From positions 992,001 to 1,056,000 of the forward strand of contig OZ287078.1 in the NCBI GenBank assembly GCA_965645245.1: a stretch of 64,000 nucleotides of DNA, written 5' to 3'. This document shows, one piece after another, positions 34,708-47,110 of the stretch. The translations under genes were made by a program, and so were the position numbers. Source of the DNA: Massalongia carnosa. Lineage: Eukaryota. Below the pieces are notes generated by a model, which did not search any database, was not told the origin of the DNA, and saw only the letters and a list, made by a program, of their open reading frames with translations. Position 1 is the first letter of the stretch. Each line of letters opens with the position of its first letter.

Positions 34708-37700
34708 ATGTCTCCCTCGTCAACGGGAGCTCCATCTACGTCTGGATCAATTTCAAATAGTACTATTCGAAGGCGCCCTGTGCCTGTTACTGAAAGAAGC
34801 CCAGGCTCGGAGCTGTCAAGAGACCCCGTCCTGGCACCCCGTTGCGAATCAACTTGGGAGCAACAAGAAAGCTTCCAATTTGCGTTTCCTCCGAATACAT
34901 CTCCTAATCAAATGTACGATCTATCTAGTCTACTAACATGCCACCCAGCTAACAGGTCGTCCTATTAGTAGTGCTACGCCGGCTCAAGGAGTGCAGGAGT
35001 TATCAGCAACGTCCGCCGAAACATATGAGCTTGAAGGTAGCCCCTATACCAGCTTTCGAGAGCAGACTCAAGCCGTCGAGCTCATTAGCGATGATGATGA
35101 ATCAACCCTGGGATCAACATCAGAACCGCCCCCAGCATATGAACATCTACCGCAGGAAGTTGATATCAATCAGGATGGGTTTCATGCAAGTGTTACGGCA
35201 GCGTGTGAGTTGAGCGTCTTTGCCAGTTATTCTACATTTAGCTACGCTGATATGTCGACCAGATGATGGGCGCATTGACATTAAGATTGACTCGGGTGCG
35301 CGAAGACTTTCAATACTCTTTGCACCCGCTGTTCAGAGCCAACTGGAGCATGTAAATGACCCTCTTCCCGAGTTCTCGTCACTTTTTGGAGATGCCAAAG
35401 GGACTCCCACACCTAAGTTGAATATTGTTATTCAAATCGTTGGCTCCCGAGGAGACGTCCAACCGTTCTTATCCCTCGGCCTATCACTCAAACAATTTGG
35501 ACATCGAGTTCGAATTGCAACCCATCCAACTTTTCAAGACTTCGTAGAAGATCTTGGCCTGGAATTTTTCAGCATTGGTGGAGATCCTGCGGAACTTATG
35601 GCATTTATGGTGAAGAATCCCGGTTTGATGCCTAGTTTCGACAACGTCCTTAAGGGCGAAGTGCAGAAACGACGGAAAGCTATGCGCGAGATCTTACGCG
35701 GATGTTGGCGTTCATGCATCGAGGCCGGTGACGGTCTTTTTGAAGTTTACGACTCTTCCACGCAATAGGAAATCCGCAAAGAATCAAAACCGTTTGTAGC
35801 TAACGCGATCATTGCCAATCCTCCTACGTTCGCCCATTTACATTGTGCAGAAAAGCTGGGTATTCCCCTCCATCTAATGTTCACGTAAGTGCAGAATCTG
35901 GCGCATTTATTACAGCAACCGAGCAAGCCTAAACTCTTGTTGCAGCATGCCATGGACGGCTACCCAAGCTTTTGCCCATCCGCTTGCGAATATAAAATCC
36001 TCAGACGAGAACATCAGCATGACCAACTACTTGTCTTACATGTTGATTGACATGATGACTTGGCAAGGGCTCGGGGATGTGGTCAACAGGTTCAGACGTA
36101 AGGTTCTAGGCCTGGAAGCCGTAGATCCCACCTGGGCTCCGGGGATGATAGCACGGTTACAAATACCATTCACATATTGCTGGTTCGTTCCTTGAGTCCT
36201 ATACCTTCCAGCCTAGTCAAGGAATCTTATTGTATTCGAGATAGGTCACCTACGTTAATTCCTAAACCTCTGGATTGGGGAAATAATATAACGATTGCTG
36301 GCTTTTACTTTCTTCCTCTAGCGTCATCCTATTTGCCACCTCCAGATTTGAAAGCTTTCCTAGAAGCCGGGCCTCCGCCAATATATATCGGATTTGGTTC
36401 AATCGTGGACGATCCAGATGCCCTTAGCGAGAATTTTTTTGAAGCTATCCGACTGGCTGGCGTTCGGGCGCTTGTCTCCAAAGGTTGGAGTGATCTTGGA
36501 GGATCATCGGCAGCAATTCCTCCAAATATTTTCATTCTCGGCAACCGCCCACATGACTGGCTGTTTGAGCGCGTTTCTTGTGTGGTCCACCATGGAGGTG
36601 CGGGAACCACAGCCGCGGGGATCGCGGCCGGTAAGCCCACCGTCGTAGTGCCCTTCTTTGGTGATCAGCCCTTTTGGGGATACATGGTAGCCCGATCAAG
36701 GGTTGGACCACGACCCATTCCAGCCAAGCTGCTCACGGCCGAGAACTTAGCAGCCGCGATCAAGGATGCTCTACAGCCGGCTGCACAGGAAAACGCGAAG
36801 ATGCTTGGACAAAGAATCGGGGAAGAGCGGGGATCAGATAACGGAGCCAAAAGCTTTCATGATCGGCTGCCACTGGGAATTATGGGCTGTTCGATGACGC
36901 CTCATCGAGCAGCAGCATGGAAGGTACGAAAAACCGATATTAAACTCAGCGCCATGGCCGTAACAGTATTGAGTAAAGAGGGCCTCTTGGATTCACATAA
37001 ATTGAAATTGTGCGTCATCTTTACCTAAACTCTATTCTCAGTTCGGCTACTGTGAGGCACTAACACTGGCAGATTTCGACCTTGCGAATATGATCTTAAT
37101 CATGGTCCCTGGGATCCCGTGACAGGCGGTACGTTGGCTATCGTGGACTTATTCTACGATGTCTTCAAAGGGGTTGGAGAAATAGGATCCGAATTCATCC
37201 GCGTGCCCAACGTTGGCCAAAACAAAGAATCTTCCCAGGCCAACCAACGTGTATACCATCCCCCGAGGCATACAGCATCTTCAAGTACGAACGACCAAAT
37301 CCTCGGCCAACGCGCCGCTGAGGGATTAAGTCGAATGGCCAAAGCTACCCTTCGCTCTCCGATGACGTTCAGTGTGGGCATGGCGCAAGGAGCGCATAAT
37401 CTTCCAAAGATGTGGGGTGATAAAACGGTACGGCCGCAGGAGAAGATCACGGGATTGGGCAGCGGGCTCGTAGCTGCCGGCAAGGTACGCAACCCTCCAA
37501 CAGAGAATCTCTCAATAGATTGACATTCGGCTTCTTGTCAGCCATATTCCGCGTTCACTCTGTTGCGACTGATCTCCCGAGAGTTTCTACGAGCAATAAA
37601 GGCTCTGTAATGACTTAATCGTTCTACTTAGGAGCTTTGTTTCGGAACGTATGACGGCATTGCTGGGCTTGTCACACAGCCTATTATAGGCGGCCGTGAG

Positions 37701-38127
37701 GAGGGCAGCTTAGGCGTAGCTAAGGGATTGGGAAAGGGGTTTATGGGATCTATAATCAAACCTTTTGCCGGTATGTTTCGATCTTTCTCTCAAAAGATTA
37801 TCTTGCTGTAATACAAAAACACCAAACTTACATCTCACCCCCGACCCAGCAATGAGTGGAGTCGTTGGCTATTCCCTCAAGGGCATCGACGCAGAGCTCA
37901 CAAAGGGAAAGACCGAGAAGATTTTCGACCCTATCATTAGCGCTCGAATGGCGCAGGGAGAGCTGGACTACTTGGAGGCGAGCGAGGAGGAGAAGAGGGA
38001 GATTGTCCACCGATGGTGCGCCAGAATGTCGGACAAACAGAAAAAGAAAGCTCAGAAGAACGATCAGAAGAAATCGTCGAACATAGAGGAGTTAGGAATG
38101 AGCAATGGTATGGAGCAGGGGGGTTGA
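34708..38127 (+). CDS. Sterol 3-beta-glucosyltransferase-like UDP-glycosyltransferase (GT1, Glyco_transf_28 N-domain); interrupted by an in-frame TAG at 35766, possible pseudogene; 5' end uncertain
   Basis: [113 protein letters not shown]. Confidence 0.85.
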
Positions 38128-38545
38128 TCACGTGTGAAGCTGTCGTTGAGGGCCTGATAGCGGGATTTTGGCAAGAAATGGAGTGGACTGGTCCCTTGCC
38201 CCCTTTGCCACAAGCTGTGCAAGAGATGACAGCCGGCTCTTGTTGAGCTAGGATATAACTAGCTAGGTACATGAACCAAGTGGCCTGGCCACAGCCACCG
38301 TGCTCGCATTAAGAAACCCCATGCAGTTTGCTACCTTTCATTCTCACCAACCCGCCGTAGAATCTCCCCCCCAGGAAGGAGTTCCCTGCCTGCATATTCC
38401 ACGTAAGTAAACCTTTATACACTTTCCTCACTACCAACAACAAGAGAATGTAAAACCTTTTTCCACCCCAACCCTTTCTCATCGTAATTTCTCCACTCCG
38501 CCACCCCCGTCGAAAAAGAAAAAAAAATAGAAAACCAGAAAAAAG

Positions 38546-39698
38546 ATGTCCCCCCTCCCCCCCATCCTCCATACGCTTCTCCTCACTCCCCTCGTCAACA
38601 TCCTCACTCTCCTCTTCACTACCCTTCTCGCAATCGCCGCGCCGGTGCTACATTTAGCGCACTACGCCCTGTATGCCTTTGTCCTGTGGCCACTAGGGCT
38701 GGTGGGAAAATTCGAGGTTCGTTCTTTCATAGGTTTTCATTTTCTTTGGGATGGTTTTTGGGGGGGAAAGAAGAGTTAGGGTGATCGAGTGTTGTCATAT
38801 TCAGCGAGGAATTATTTGCGCCATTTTAGAAGTTTTTGCTGCGCTTCAATATACAGACGTTCGACGGAAAAAACCTCAGGGGGGGTCTGGAACTATTTCA
38901 TTTCATTTTTTTTAATTAAAAATCTATCTCTTTTCTTCATAATATCTTTCCTTTTATTCTTCCCCGCTATTTCCCTCTTAACCCTCCCCCGTCACAAATC
39001 CCCAAGCAAGGTCAAACAAAGAAACAGCTCTCTCTTTCTCTCTCTTCTCTCTCTCGCAAACCCCTCCCGGTCCCCTCCCGGTCCCCTCCCGGTCCCCTCC
39101 CGGTCCCCTCCCGACTAACCATGGTCCCCCCTTCCAAATATAGACCCTCTACATCTTCCTTGGCGTTGCAACCATAATCGGCCTTCTGGCAGGCACAACG
39201 CTCCACTTCACCCTCGGCTTCCTGGTCTCCGTCCTAAATCTCGATTCTCCGTCCCCCTCTCCTCCTCCTCCTCCTCCTCCTTCGTATTCTTCCGCTACCT
39301 ACCCTCCAATCGCGGAGAACGAGACTAAGCCCAAAGCCGTGCCATCTCGAGGGCGGAAAGGGCGCAGGGGGAATGATGAAATGATTGGCAGGGAGGAGGA
39401 GGATGGTGATAAGGAGGTGGAGGGGTTGAAACGAGAGATGACGGCGTGGGAAAATGGAGATGGGGGGGTGGAGGGGTGGGTTGGGAAAGGGAAAGGGAAG
39501 AAGGGGGAAGAGGAAGCGAGAGAGAGAGCGAGGGTTGAGGGGGCGTATCGGCGCGCGGAGAGGAGGGGGAAAGGGAGGGTCGCTGGGTTTGGGAATGGGG
39601 ATGAGGGCGGAGGGTGGGATCGGGGGAGGGGTGGGAGGAAGGGGGTGATGACTAGCACGATTTTGGAGGAGGAGAGTAGTTCTGAGGGGGGCTTTTGA
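38546..39698 (+). CDS. Hypothetical membrane protein
   Basis: Hydrophobic exon 1 (38546-38716) splices in frame to 39144-39698: KFE|TLYIFLGVATIIGLLAGTTLHF..., with a charged tail ending TILEEESSSEGGF. Confidence 0.7.
39061..39112. repeat. 11-bp tandem repeat (CCCCTCCCGGT) x 4.5 inside an intron, just before the branch point
   Basis: Seen directly; followed by GACTAAC. Confidence 0.85.
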
Positions 39699-40044
39699 TG
39701 AATGAGGAACTCGGGAAGAAATTTTTGGGGTTGGGGCTTGGGATTGGGTGGTGGTAGTCGCCTCCGGCTTGATTGCCGGGCTTTTATAGATGTAGCTGTG
39801 GGTTCACGGGTACGGGGAGTCTCTTACCATGTCCGACTGCGAGCATGATTTCTCTGTACAGTTGAAACATCCCAACCCAGCCTTAGGGGAGCCACCCCTA
39901 GAACGCCCTACTCCGCTGACATATCTATCCCTCATAGAAAACCCATGGTATCATTTCCTCCCCCCGGAACGCAGCTGTAATCAAGTTTCGCGCCTCTCTG
40001 CCCCACACCCACCTACCTAATAACTTAAAAAATCAACCAATCGC

Positions 40045-40803
40045 TCAATCGCTCGACGAACATCCCCTACACCCGCACCCTACACATTCGATCGTTTGGT
40101 CCTCCTTGAGCTGCGCTTTGGGCACGCGGCAGATACATGTGGCGTTAAAATTCGTCTCTTTGGTTTGGATGCAGCGCAGGCAACAGAGCTATAACGGAGG
40201 GGATTTGATTAACAAACGCATGTGTGCACGTGGGGGTTAGATACCGAGCTGAGGAGAGCGTCTTGAAAAGGGAGAAGTGAGCGCAGGCATGGGTACCTTT
40301 TCGTAGCCTTGCTTCTTCCACTTCGCGATCAGGTTTGAGTCGGCGTAGTTGTTTTTGAGCAGCCAGTCATAGAGCGGCTTCGAGATGGCTTCTTTGTCGT
40401 AGTAGAGATCGTAGATGTATCTCGAACCTAAACCCTTCCCCGCCACTCAAAAGGGAATGTCAGCACTACAGCATCCTAGGCGAAATCGTTGCATACATGG
40501 GCATTGAAAGCTCAAGGGAGAGAAAGCAAACACACACCACCAAAGATAGAAACCGTATGGAAAGAGGGTTTGCTATACTTTTGGGCGGGAACGGGGCCGG
40601 GGAGGGGAGGAAGGGGGGGCTCCACACGCACGCTGATGGCTGATTTGGAATATAGGCCACAGCACCTCATGCCGCTTCTTGCCCTCGTGCGATGCATTCT
40701 CGGCGTCTTTCATCTTATTGCTGAATTCCAGAAGGGTGTCTTCGAGGTCGTCGAAGCCCTCAGGCGGGGCCCGGCGATTGCGCGCGGAGCGAATGGGCGG
40801 CAT
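40045..40803 (-). CDS. BUD31: Pre-mRNA splicing factor Bud31/G10 (Cwf14)
   Basis: [82 protein letters not shown]. Confidence 0.96.
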
Positions 40804-41751
40804 TTTTGGAATTCGTGAGTGGAGGTTGAGTAGAGCAGGGCGTGAATTTAGAGTATCAGTATTGGGAGAAGTGTGGGATTGGGAAAGGTGGTGGCTGGAG
40901 ATTTGAAGGATTACATAGAATGTCGGCCGGCATATCTTCGGGCTACTTACTAAATTCTGTCTGACGTTTGGCCTGAACTTCTAGGCTTCCAGGGGTTGAA
41001 ATCTCACAAAGATATAAGAGCCATCAAGAAATCACTACCGGAAATTATATCACCATTAGTTTGTGTGGAATGATGTATGAGGATAAGCTTCAACCTTTGC
41101 CAACCACCTTCCTCCGTACAGGAAGGCAAATGGCCTATCCGTTATGGTAGACCTAAATATTGGACTTTTGAGGGTTGTTGTGAAGCTGCTCTGCTGCGAT
41201 AAAAGGGATAGACATGCAGCATCTCAAGTGCGCCAGAAATTGCCTTGTACTCTCCAGAAATGGGATTGTTTAAGTCTGAATACAAGCTTCCCTCGCTCAT
41301 GGCTCGTGACGCCGGTTGGAATTGATTAGGTAGAACAGATTCAATCTCGTACAAACATTGAGGGTCTCTACCAAATCACTGAATTTCGCACAGATTAGAA
41401 AGCTCCGTACTCCATGTTGAACAATGCTTCAACGAGTCTCGGTACCCTCCAGCGTCGCGTAGAACTATGAACATGTGTAAGAGCTTGTTGCATGAATAGG
41501 AGTATTCACTCTTACCGGTTGATATGGCTAACGACAGATATCCATGTGGTAATAAAGATCCTGAAAAAATTGGAACTGAAGAAAATTACACGAGAAAGGA
41601 GTAAAGTGTGGAGAAACGGTTCACTAGTCAACTCCCAAGCTTTTGGACTCCGCTGGGGCTTAGAATAACTGGATAAATCAATGCCGAAGGGTGGTATGTA
41701 TAAAATAGATAAGTACATGTTGGTTGAGTAGCTCTGAGTGAGTCCAGCTAG

Positions 41752-42727
41752 TTATCTCTTCACCCATGCCGGCATTTTTCTGGCCTTGACTTTACCCGGC
41801 TTCTTCCTCTCGACTCGTTTAGGATTGCGCGTCACGCAGCCGGCTAGTTCAAAGATGGTTAGCCCGTTGATCATGGTATACGACCAAAAGTCGAATCTCA
41901 ACGAGTGTGAGAAACTTACCTCTCCTCAGAGCAGGTTTCAAAGCAGGCTCATGCACCATTAACGCCCTCGCCATCCCCATTGTAATTGCCTCAGCCTGCC
42001 CCGTCAGCCCACCTCCCGACACTAACGCCCAGACGTTGTATTTGTCCATCCTGTTTGTAGCCTTCAACGCCCAAAGCGCACTTTCTCTATCGTGGATCCG
42101 CCCAAAGGTGCCGTTGATGCTCTTTCCGTTTACCAAAACCTCTCCTTCCCCCTGCACCAGGCACACCTTTGCACTGCTGGATTTTCTTCTACCCACTCCG
42201 TAAGCCCTTCCATCAGCGTCCACCACCCCAGGTTTCCGTACGTTGTCGTAAGGGTTTATGTCACGCTTGTAAATCTCCATCGCTTGCTCTAAGTCCCGTG
42301 GTCTTAGAGATGGGGGAATGTGGTTTAAACGCCGCAGAACCTCCATTACTTTATGATACTTGGCTGCGCGAACAGGCTCGCCGACCAGAAGACGGTATTG
42401 ACTGACTGTTCGCCAGGCGACGCGCGGGGCTTGGCCTGGAGGAACGGTAGGGAGAGTTTGGTGTCGGCGCAGAAGAGCTAATAGATTGAGGAAATTATCT
42501 GTAAAGCGAGGTGTGCCAGTGAAATAGGAAGGAGATTCAGGGATCAAACGAGCATTTCCTGGATTGGGAGGAGGAGCTGAGTCAATGTTAAAGTCGATTT
42601 CTGGAGCAGCAATGGCGAGCTTCGAGGCAGTGCTGGTAAGGCTCTTGGAAAGCAAGGGCCTGGTGTGACACTTGGGACATTGAAAGCTGCTCCATGATTG
42701 GAAAGCTAAGGGGAGTCTTGTTTTCAT
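41752..42727 (-). CDS. MRPS9: Mitochondrial ribosomal protein uS9m
   Basis: [62 protein letters not shown]; presequence-like N-terminus. Confidence 0.95.
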
Positions 42728-42976
42728 GTGGGAGAGGTTCGTTAGTATGCGTGAGGTGAGTCTAAGTACTTTGTACTACCAAAAGATAGATAGGTATGCC
42801 TTATGTAAACGCCGTATTGAAAAGTATAGTAGTCTGATACAAAGAATCCAAAGTTTGATTGGATGCGCTTGCGAGCCTCAAGCTTGGAGCTCATCCACAA
42901 AATTTTGATTCAACTTCATTTTCTTTGGTCACAGTCTCATGATCACATCATAGCATCCTCTGAATTAGCCACAATC

Positions 42977-44629
42977 ATGGCGTTTGGAAAGCTTTACACC
43001 GTTGATGTAAGGGAGACAACTTCCGTGCAAATGCAGAATGCAATCTAATTTTAATATCATTTATAGGGTAATCCACGCTCCACAGCAATTCGAGTAGTGG
43101 CCAAGGCCAACAAGCTTGACCTCGAGATTGTGCAAACAAAACCGCCAAATGAAATTCCCAAGGATTACTTGAAGATCAACCCGCTGGGCAAAATTCCTAC
43201 ATTTGTTGGCGCTGATGGCTATGAGCTGACTGAGGCCATTGCTATTGCTATCTACAGTACGCTGTGCCTTCCTTTTGCGTTATCACCCTTTGCGTAATGA
43301 TGAGAAACATTATCAATTACAGTTATCCCTGTCTGAAAACTATTGTTGAAAAAAATCCACACTCTGACACATCTTCCCCTAAGTAACCTGAAGAGGTCAA
43401 CCAGATCATACAAAGTGCTAACACACATGAAAGTAACCTCTCAGAATGAAAAAACCAGCCTGTTAGGCAAAACTAAGCAAGACTATGCATCTATTGTCCG
43501 ATGGATGTCCTTCGCAAATAATGAAATCCTTCCAGCCGTCGCTGGGTTTTTCCGCCCCCTCGTTGGTCGTGACCCGTACAATAAGAAATCTGTTGATGAC
43601 CATCAGAAAGCCACTTATAAGATCGTCGGTGTCCTTGAACAGCATCTTCTAACCAATACATATCTTGTAGGCGAGCGTATCACTCTAGCAGACATATTTT
43701 CTGTCAGTATTGTGTCTCGTGGGTTTGAGTACTTGTTCGACAAGAAATGGCGCCAGGAGAACCCTAATGTCACGCGTTGGTTTGAGACAATCCATAATCA
43801 ACCGAACTACCTCGAAATTGTTGAAAAGGTGCCCCTCATCGAGGAGGCTTTGAAGAACCAACCCCCGCCAAAAAAGGCAGCCCCAAAACCGAAGGCTAAA
43901 GAAGTCGAAGAAGAGGAAGAGGAGGATGTGCCAGCGGCTCCAAAGCCCAAACATCCACTTGAGGAGTTACCGAAACCTACGTTAATACTTGATGATTGGA
44001 AACGCAAGTATTCCAACGAAGAGACTCGCGAAGTGGCATTGCCATGGTTCTGGGAGAACTTCAAACCGGACGAATATTCCCTTTGGAGAATTGATTATAA
44101 GTACAACGATGAACTGACTTTGACTTTCATGTCATCCAATCTTATTGGTGAGTTGAAAGCCGTGTGGTATATTTACATACTGTGTTCTTTGGCCCTTACA
44201 CCTGAGCGAATCTCTGTCTATGCAATGCTTCATCTTTGAAATTATAACTTTATGATATATTCATCCATCCATCTTTCATGTGTCCTGCTCTTTCTCTTCC
44301 ATTTCTCCCTCCAATTCCTTAATTCGCTAACACGCTTGATAGCTGGATTCTTCACCCGCCTCGAAGCCTCCCGCAAATACATTTTTGGTGTCGCCTCCGT
44401 CTATGGCACAGCTAATGATTCCATCTTGCGCGGTGCCTTCGTCGTCCGCGGCCAGGACGCTACTCCCGCCTTCGACGTTGCCCCCGACTTTGATAGCTAC
44501 TCCTTCATTAAGCTGGATCCGTCCAAAGAAGAAGACCGTGAATTTATTAACGACGAGTGGAGCTGCGACAGGGGAATTGAGGAAGGAGGAAAGAAGTTGG
44601 AGTGGGCCGATGGTAAGGTTTTCAAGTAG
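42977..44629 (+). CDS. TEF4: Translation elongation factor eEF1B-gamma
   Basis: Exons approximately 42977-43006, 43067-43256, 43434-44147 and 44343-44629. GST-like N-domain (NPLGKIPTF..LTEAIAIAIY) and EF1G domain (DDWKRKYSNEETR..YKYNDELTLTFMSSNLI..ADGKVFK). Confidence 0.97.
43292..43372 (+). ncRNA. snR38: Intronic box C/D snoRNA, snR38/SNORD38 type
   Basis: Box C ATGATGA at 43297; guide CAGTTATCCCTG before box D' CTGA at 43333; C'-like TGTTGA; box D CTGA at 43364. The guide complements LSU rRNA CAGGGAUAACUG. Yeast snR38 is hosted in the TEF4 intron. Confidence 0.88.
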
Positions 44630-45307
44630 ATTCTGTCTGGCGGGCCCTAGAGGAAATATATGTTTATGGTGATCAGAGTTGGGATACGTGACGATGCTCG
44701 ATAAGGAGTTTGCTGCGATACTAAAGCGTTTGAGCGCAGCTTATCAATGCCCTGTGCTGTTTGATAACGGGATTGTATCCTCAACCCAGGCGATAGAAAC
44801 CGGCCATATCCATAAAAGCACTGATTGTGTCAATGTAGCTATTCAATTTTCTACGTTGATACAGTAAATCTATTTGCATTATTCTATATTCCCCAGCTTT
44901 GGTTCCGGGGGGATTTAGGCACTAGCGCCCGTGAGGTGGAATCTTCGTTAGTTTTTAGAGGCAGTCATGTCTAACTGCACCGCCAAATACTCTGCCACCT
45001 CGATTATTGTTGCTGAGCCATGCTATAGATGAAATTTCTAAATAAGTTACCTCTGCTATGGCTAACAGATATGGGGCGTAGAGCTAAGAGGTTCGTTGCA
45101 TGGCGCGTAATCTTTCAATGAATACTCTCGTTGGTATCATAAAGGCCTGACGACATGTCAGAATAAGTAAAAGGTACTGACCGGAAAAGAAGATAAGAGC
45201 AAATAGCCTCACATCGCCATGTCATGAAAGGAACCAGTATGAGCAGGGAAAAATTATCCCTCCAAGATAGTTTTTATTTCTTTCCGATCATCCAACAAAG
45301 CAGCAAA

Positions 45308-46615
45308 TTATAAGTGCGGCGGATCCAGAGGTGGGAAAATCGGGTGTAGTGCATACACCAGCCCCTTGGAATCTTCCCCGTCGAACAGCAAAAAATTCTG
45401 AATCGGCTGCTCCCGCTGCCCCAACACGTTGATAACATCTTGCGCTAGCTGGCCGCCCAAAAAAGCCGTGACCGGCGCCAGCTCGCTCCCAATGTTCTGC
45501 AAGAAGCTGCGGAGGAACTCGCTCCGTAAGGTTTCCGGGGGCAGCTGTAGTTCCTTGTGCTTCTCCGTCGCGAGCGTGGTGAAAAGCTCCAAGTCTGCGT
45601 GCGAGTGCGATGGGAGCGTGTTTGAGATAGCTTCAAATTCCCACAAGGCACGCAGGCAGGTTAAGAGGGGGGGGATTTGGAGTTTCCGACGCCGGGTGGA
45701 GAGGTGCTCCGGGGGCACTGGGGAGGTGTTGGCTAGTATTAGGGGAGTGTAAAGTTCGCGCTTGGTGACCAGCTCCGTGAGTTTTCCGTGTTCTTTTTTC
45801 GTGGTAGCAGCTATAATGGAGCGAGTGGCTGTTTCAGGCTTGAGCACGGTAGAAATGTTGGATTTTTCGCGCTCGATCACGTAATTATGCGTAATAAGGT
45901 CAGCGAAAATGAAGCCATAGAAGCCGTGGGAACCGGCGGCGTAGAATGGCTTGTTACACAGGCGGCAGGAAGCATTGATTTGCGATAGGGTGCTTAGGTT
46001 CGTGTCCGTGGCTATAATCATATTGAACGGGGCAAAGAACTCGGGGGGTTTCAGCAGTACGTTTTGAGTATCTACGTGCAGTGTGACTCTTGGGTTGAGC
46101 TTCCGAATCTGGGGCGCCACTGCCTCTGCTCGCTAGTAGATACGTTAGTATTTGAGAATACTTCGAAAGCGGGCGAAAGCTGTACGTTCATGCCCACGTG
46201 TTGCTCGGAAACAAAGAACTGCGAGCCAAGGTCGTCATCCACAACGACTTCATTATCAAGGATAGTCATAGCCCCGATGCCTGCGAGAACTAGATTTTTT
46301 GCAATCTCATTGGAGAGAGCCTTCATCGTTATGAGCAGGATATTGGCTGTCCGAAGCCTGTATCTTATGAGCATGATACTTTGATTTTATGAATGAAGAT
46401 CACTTACTTCTCCTGAGCTTTCATACCCCATAATCGGATCTGCCTGTCGTATAGCGCTATTTCATCTAAATGAAGGAGTGAGCGAAATGGAAACAAGGTC
46501 TCGTTCTGTAGATTGTACCTGCGCTGATTGACTGAACCGGTGGAGCTTCTCCGTTAGGTACGGCTCCGTTCAATAGCGTTATCCCATTTGTGAATTTCAT
46601 ATTGCCGTCTGCCAT
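45308..46615 (-). CDS. AOS1: SUMO-activating enzyme E1 subunit 1 (Aos1/Rad31)
   Basis: ISA/DEIALYDRQIRLWGMKAQEK/LRTANILLITMKALSNEIAKNLVLAGIG, DLGSQFF, LNPRV, HGFYGFIFADL, ELAPVTAFLGGQLAQDVINVL. Confidence 0.93.
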
Positions 46616-47110
46616 TTCATTTACCCAGCCAGAAAAGATTCAGTTTTGGAACAGGTGCGATGTAAGTTCCTAAGGCGTACTATAGCAAATGTTACCCTTT
46701 AGAAGTCGATAGCTGTACTCTGTATAGTATTCTGTGAAGCAAACCTTAAACTCAAAGCTTATCTAAAGCGCTTTGTTTGGTTTTGGCACAAAAGCTAAAA
46801 ATGATCTGGGTACCCTAGACATATATAAAGTGGCTGGTTGGCACGTCACGGGTTGAGGCTGATATTGGAAAGTGATGAGTCAGCTGAGGCGAGGGGTCCT
46901 CATTGATGTGTTATACATACGTCCTACAAGACTTACATACTCCTTCCATCTTCTCTTTACCGCGGACACTGTTACATTTAGCTATTAGCTCAGTGGTCTA
47001 CATGAATGCTCCCTTAATGTTCTGCTTTAGGTTCCATCAGACCTTTGATTAGTCCTTTGTGACCCAGGCCACAGGATTGTATCACGCAGGCCGCTGTGTT
47101 TAATTCCGCG

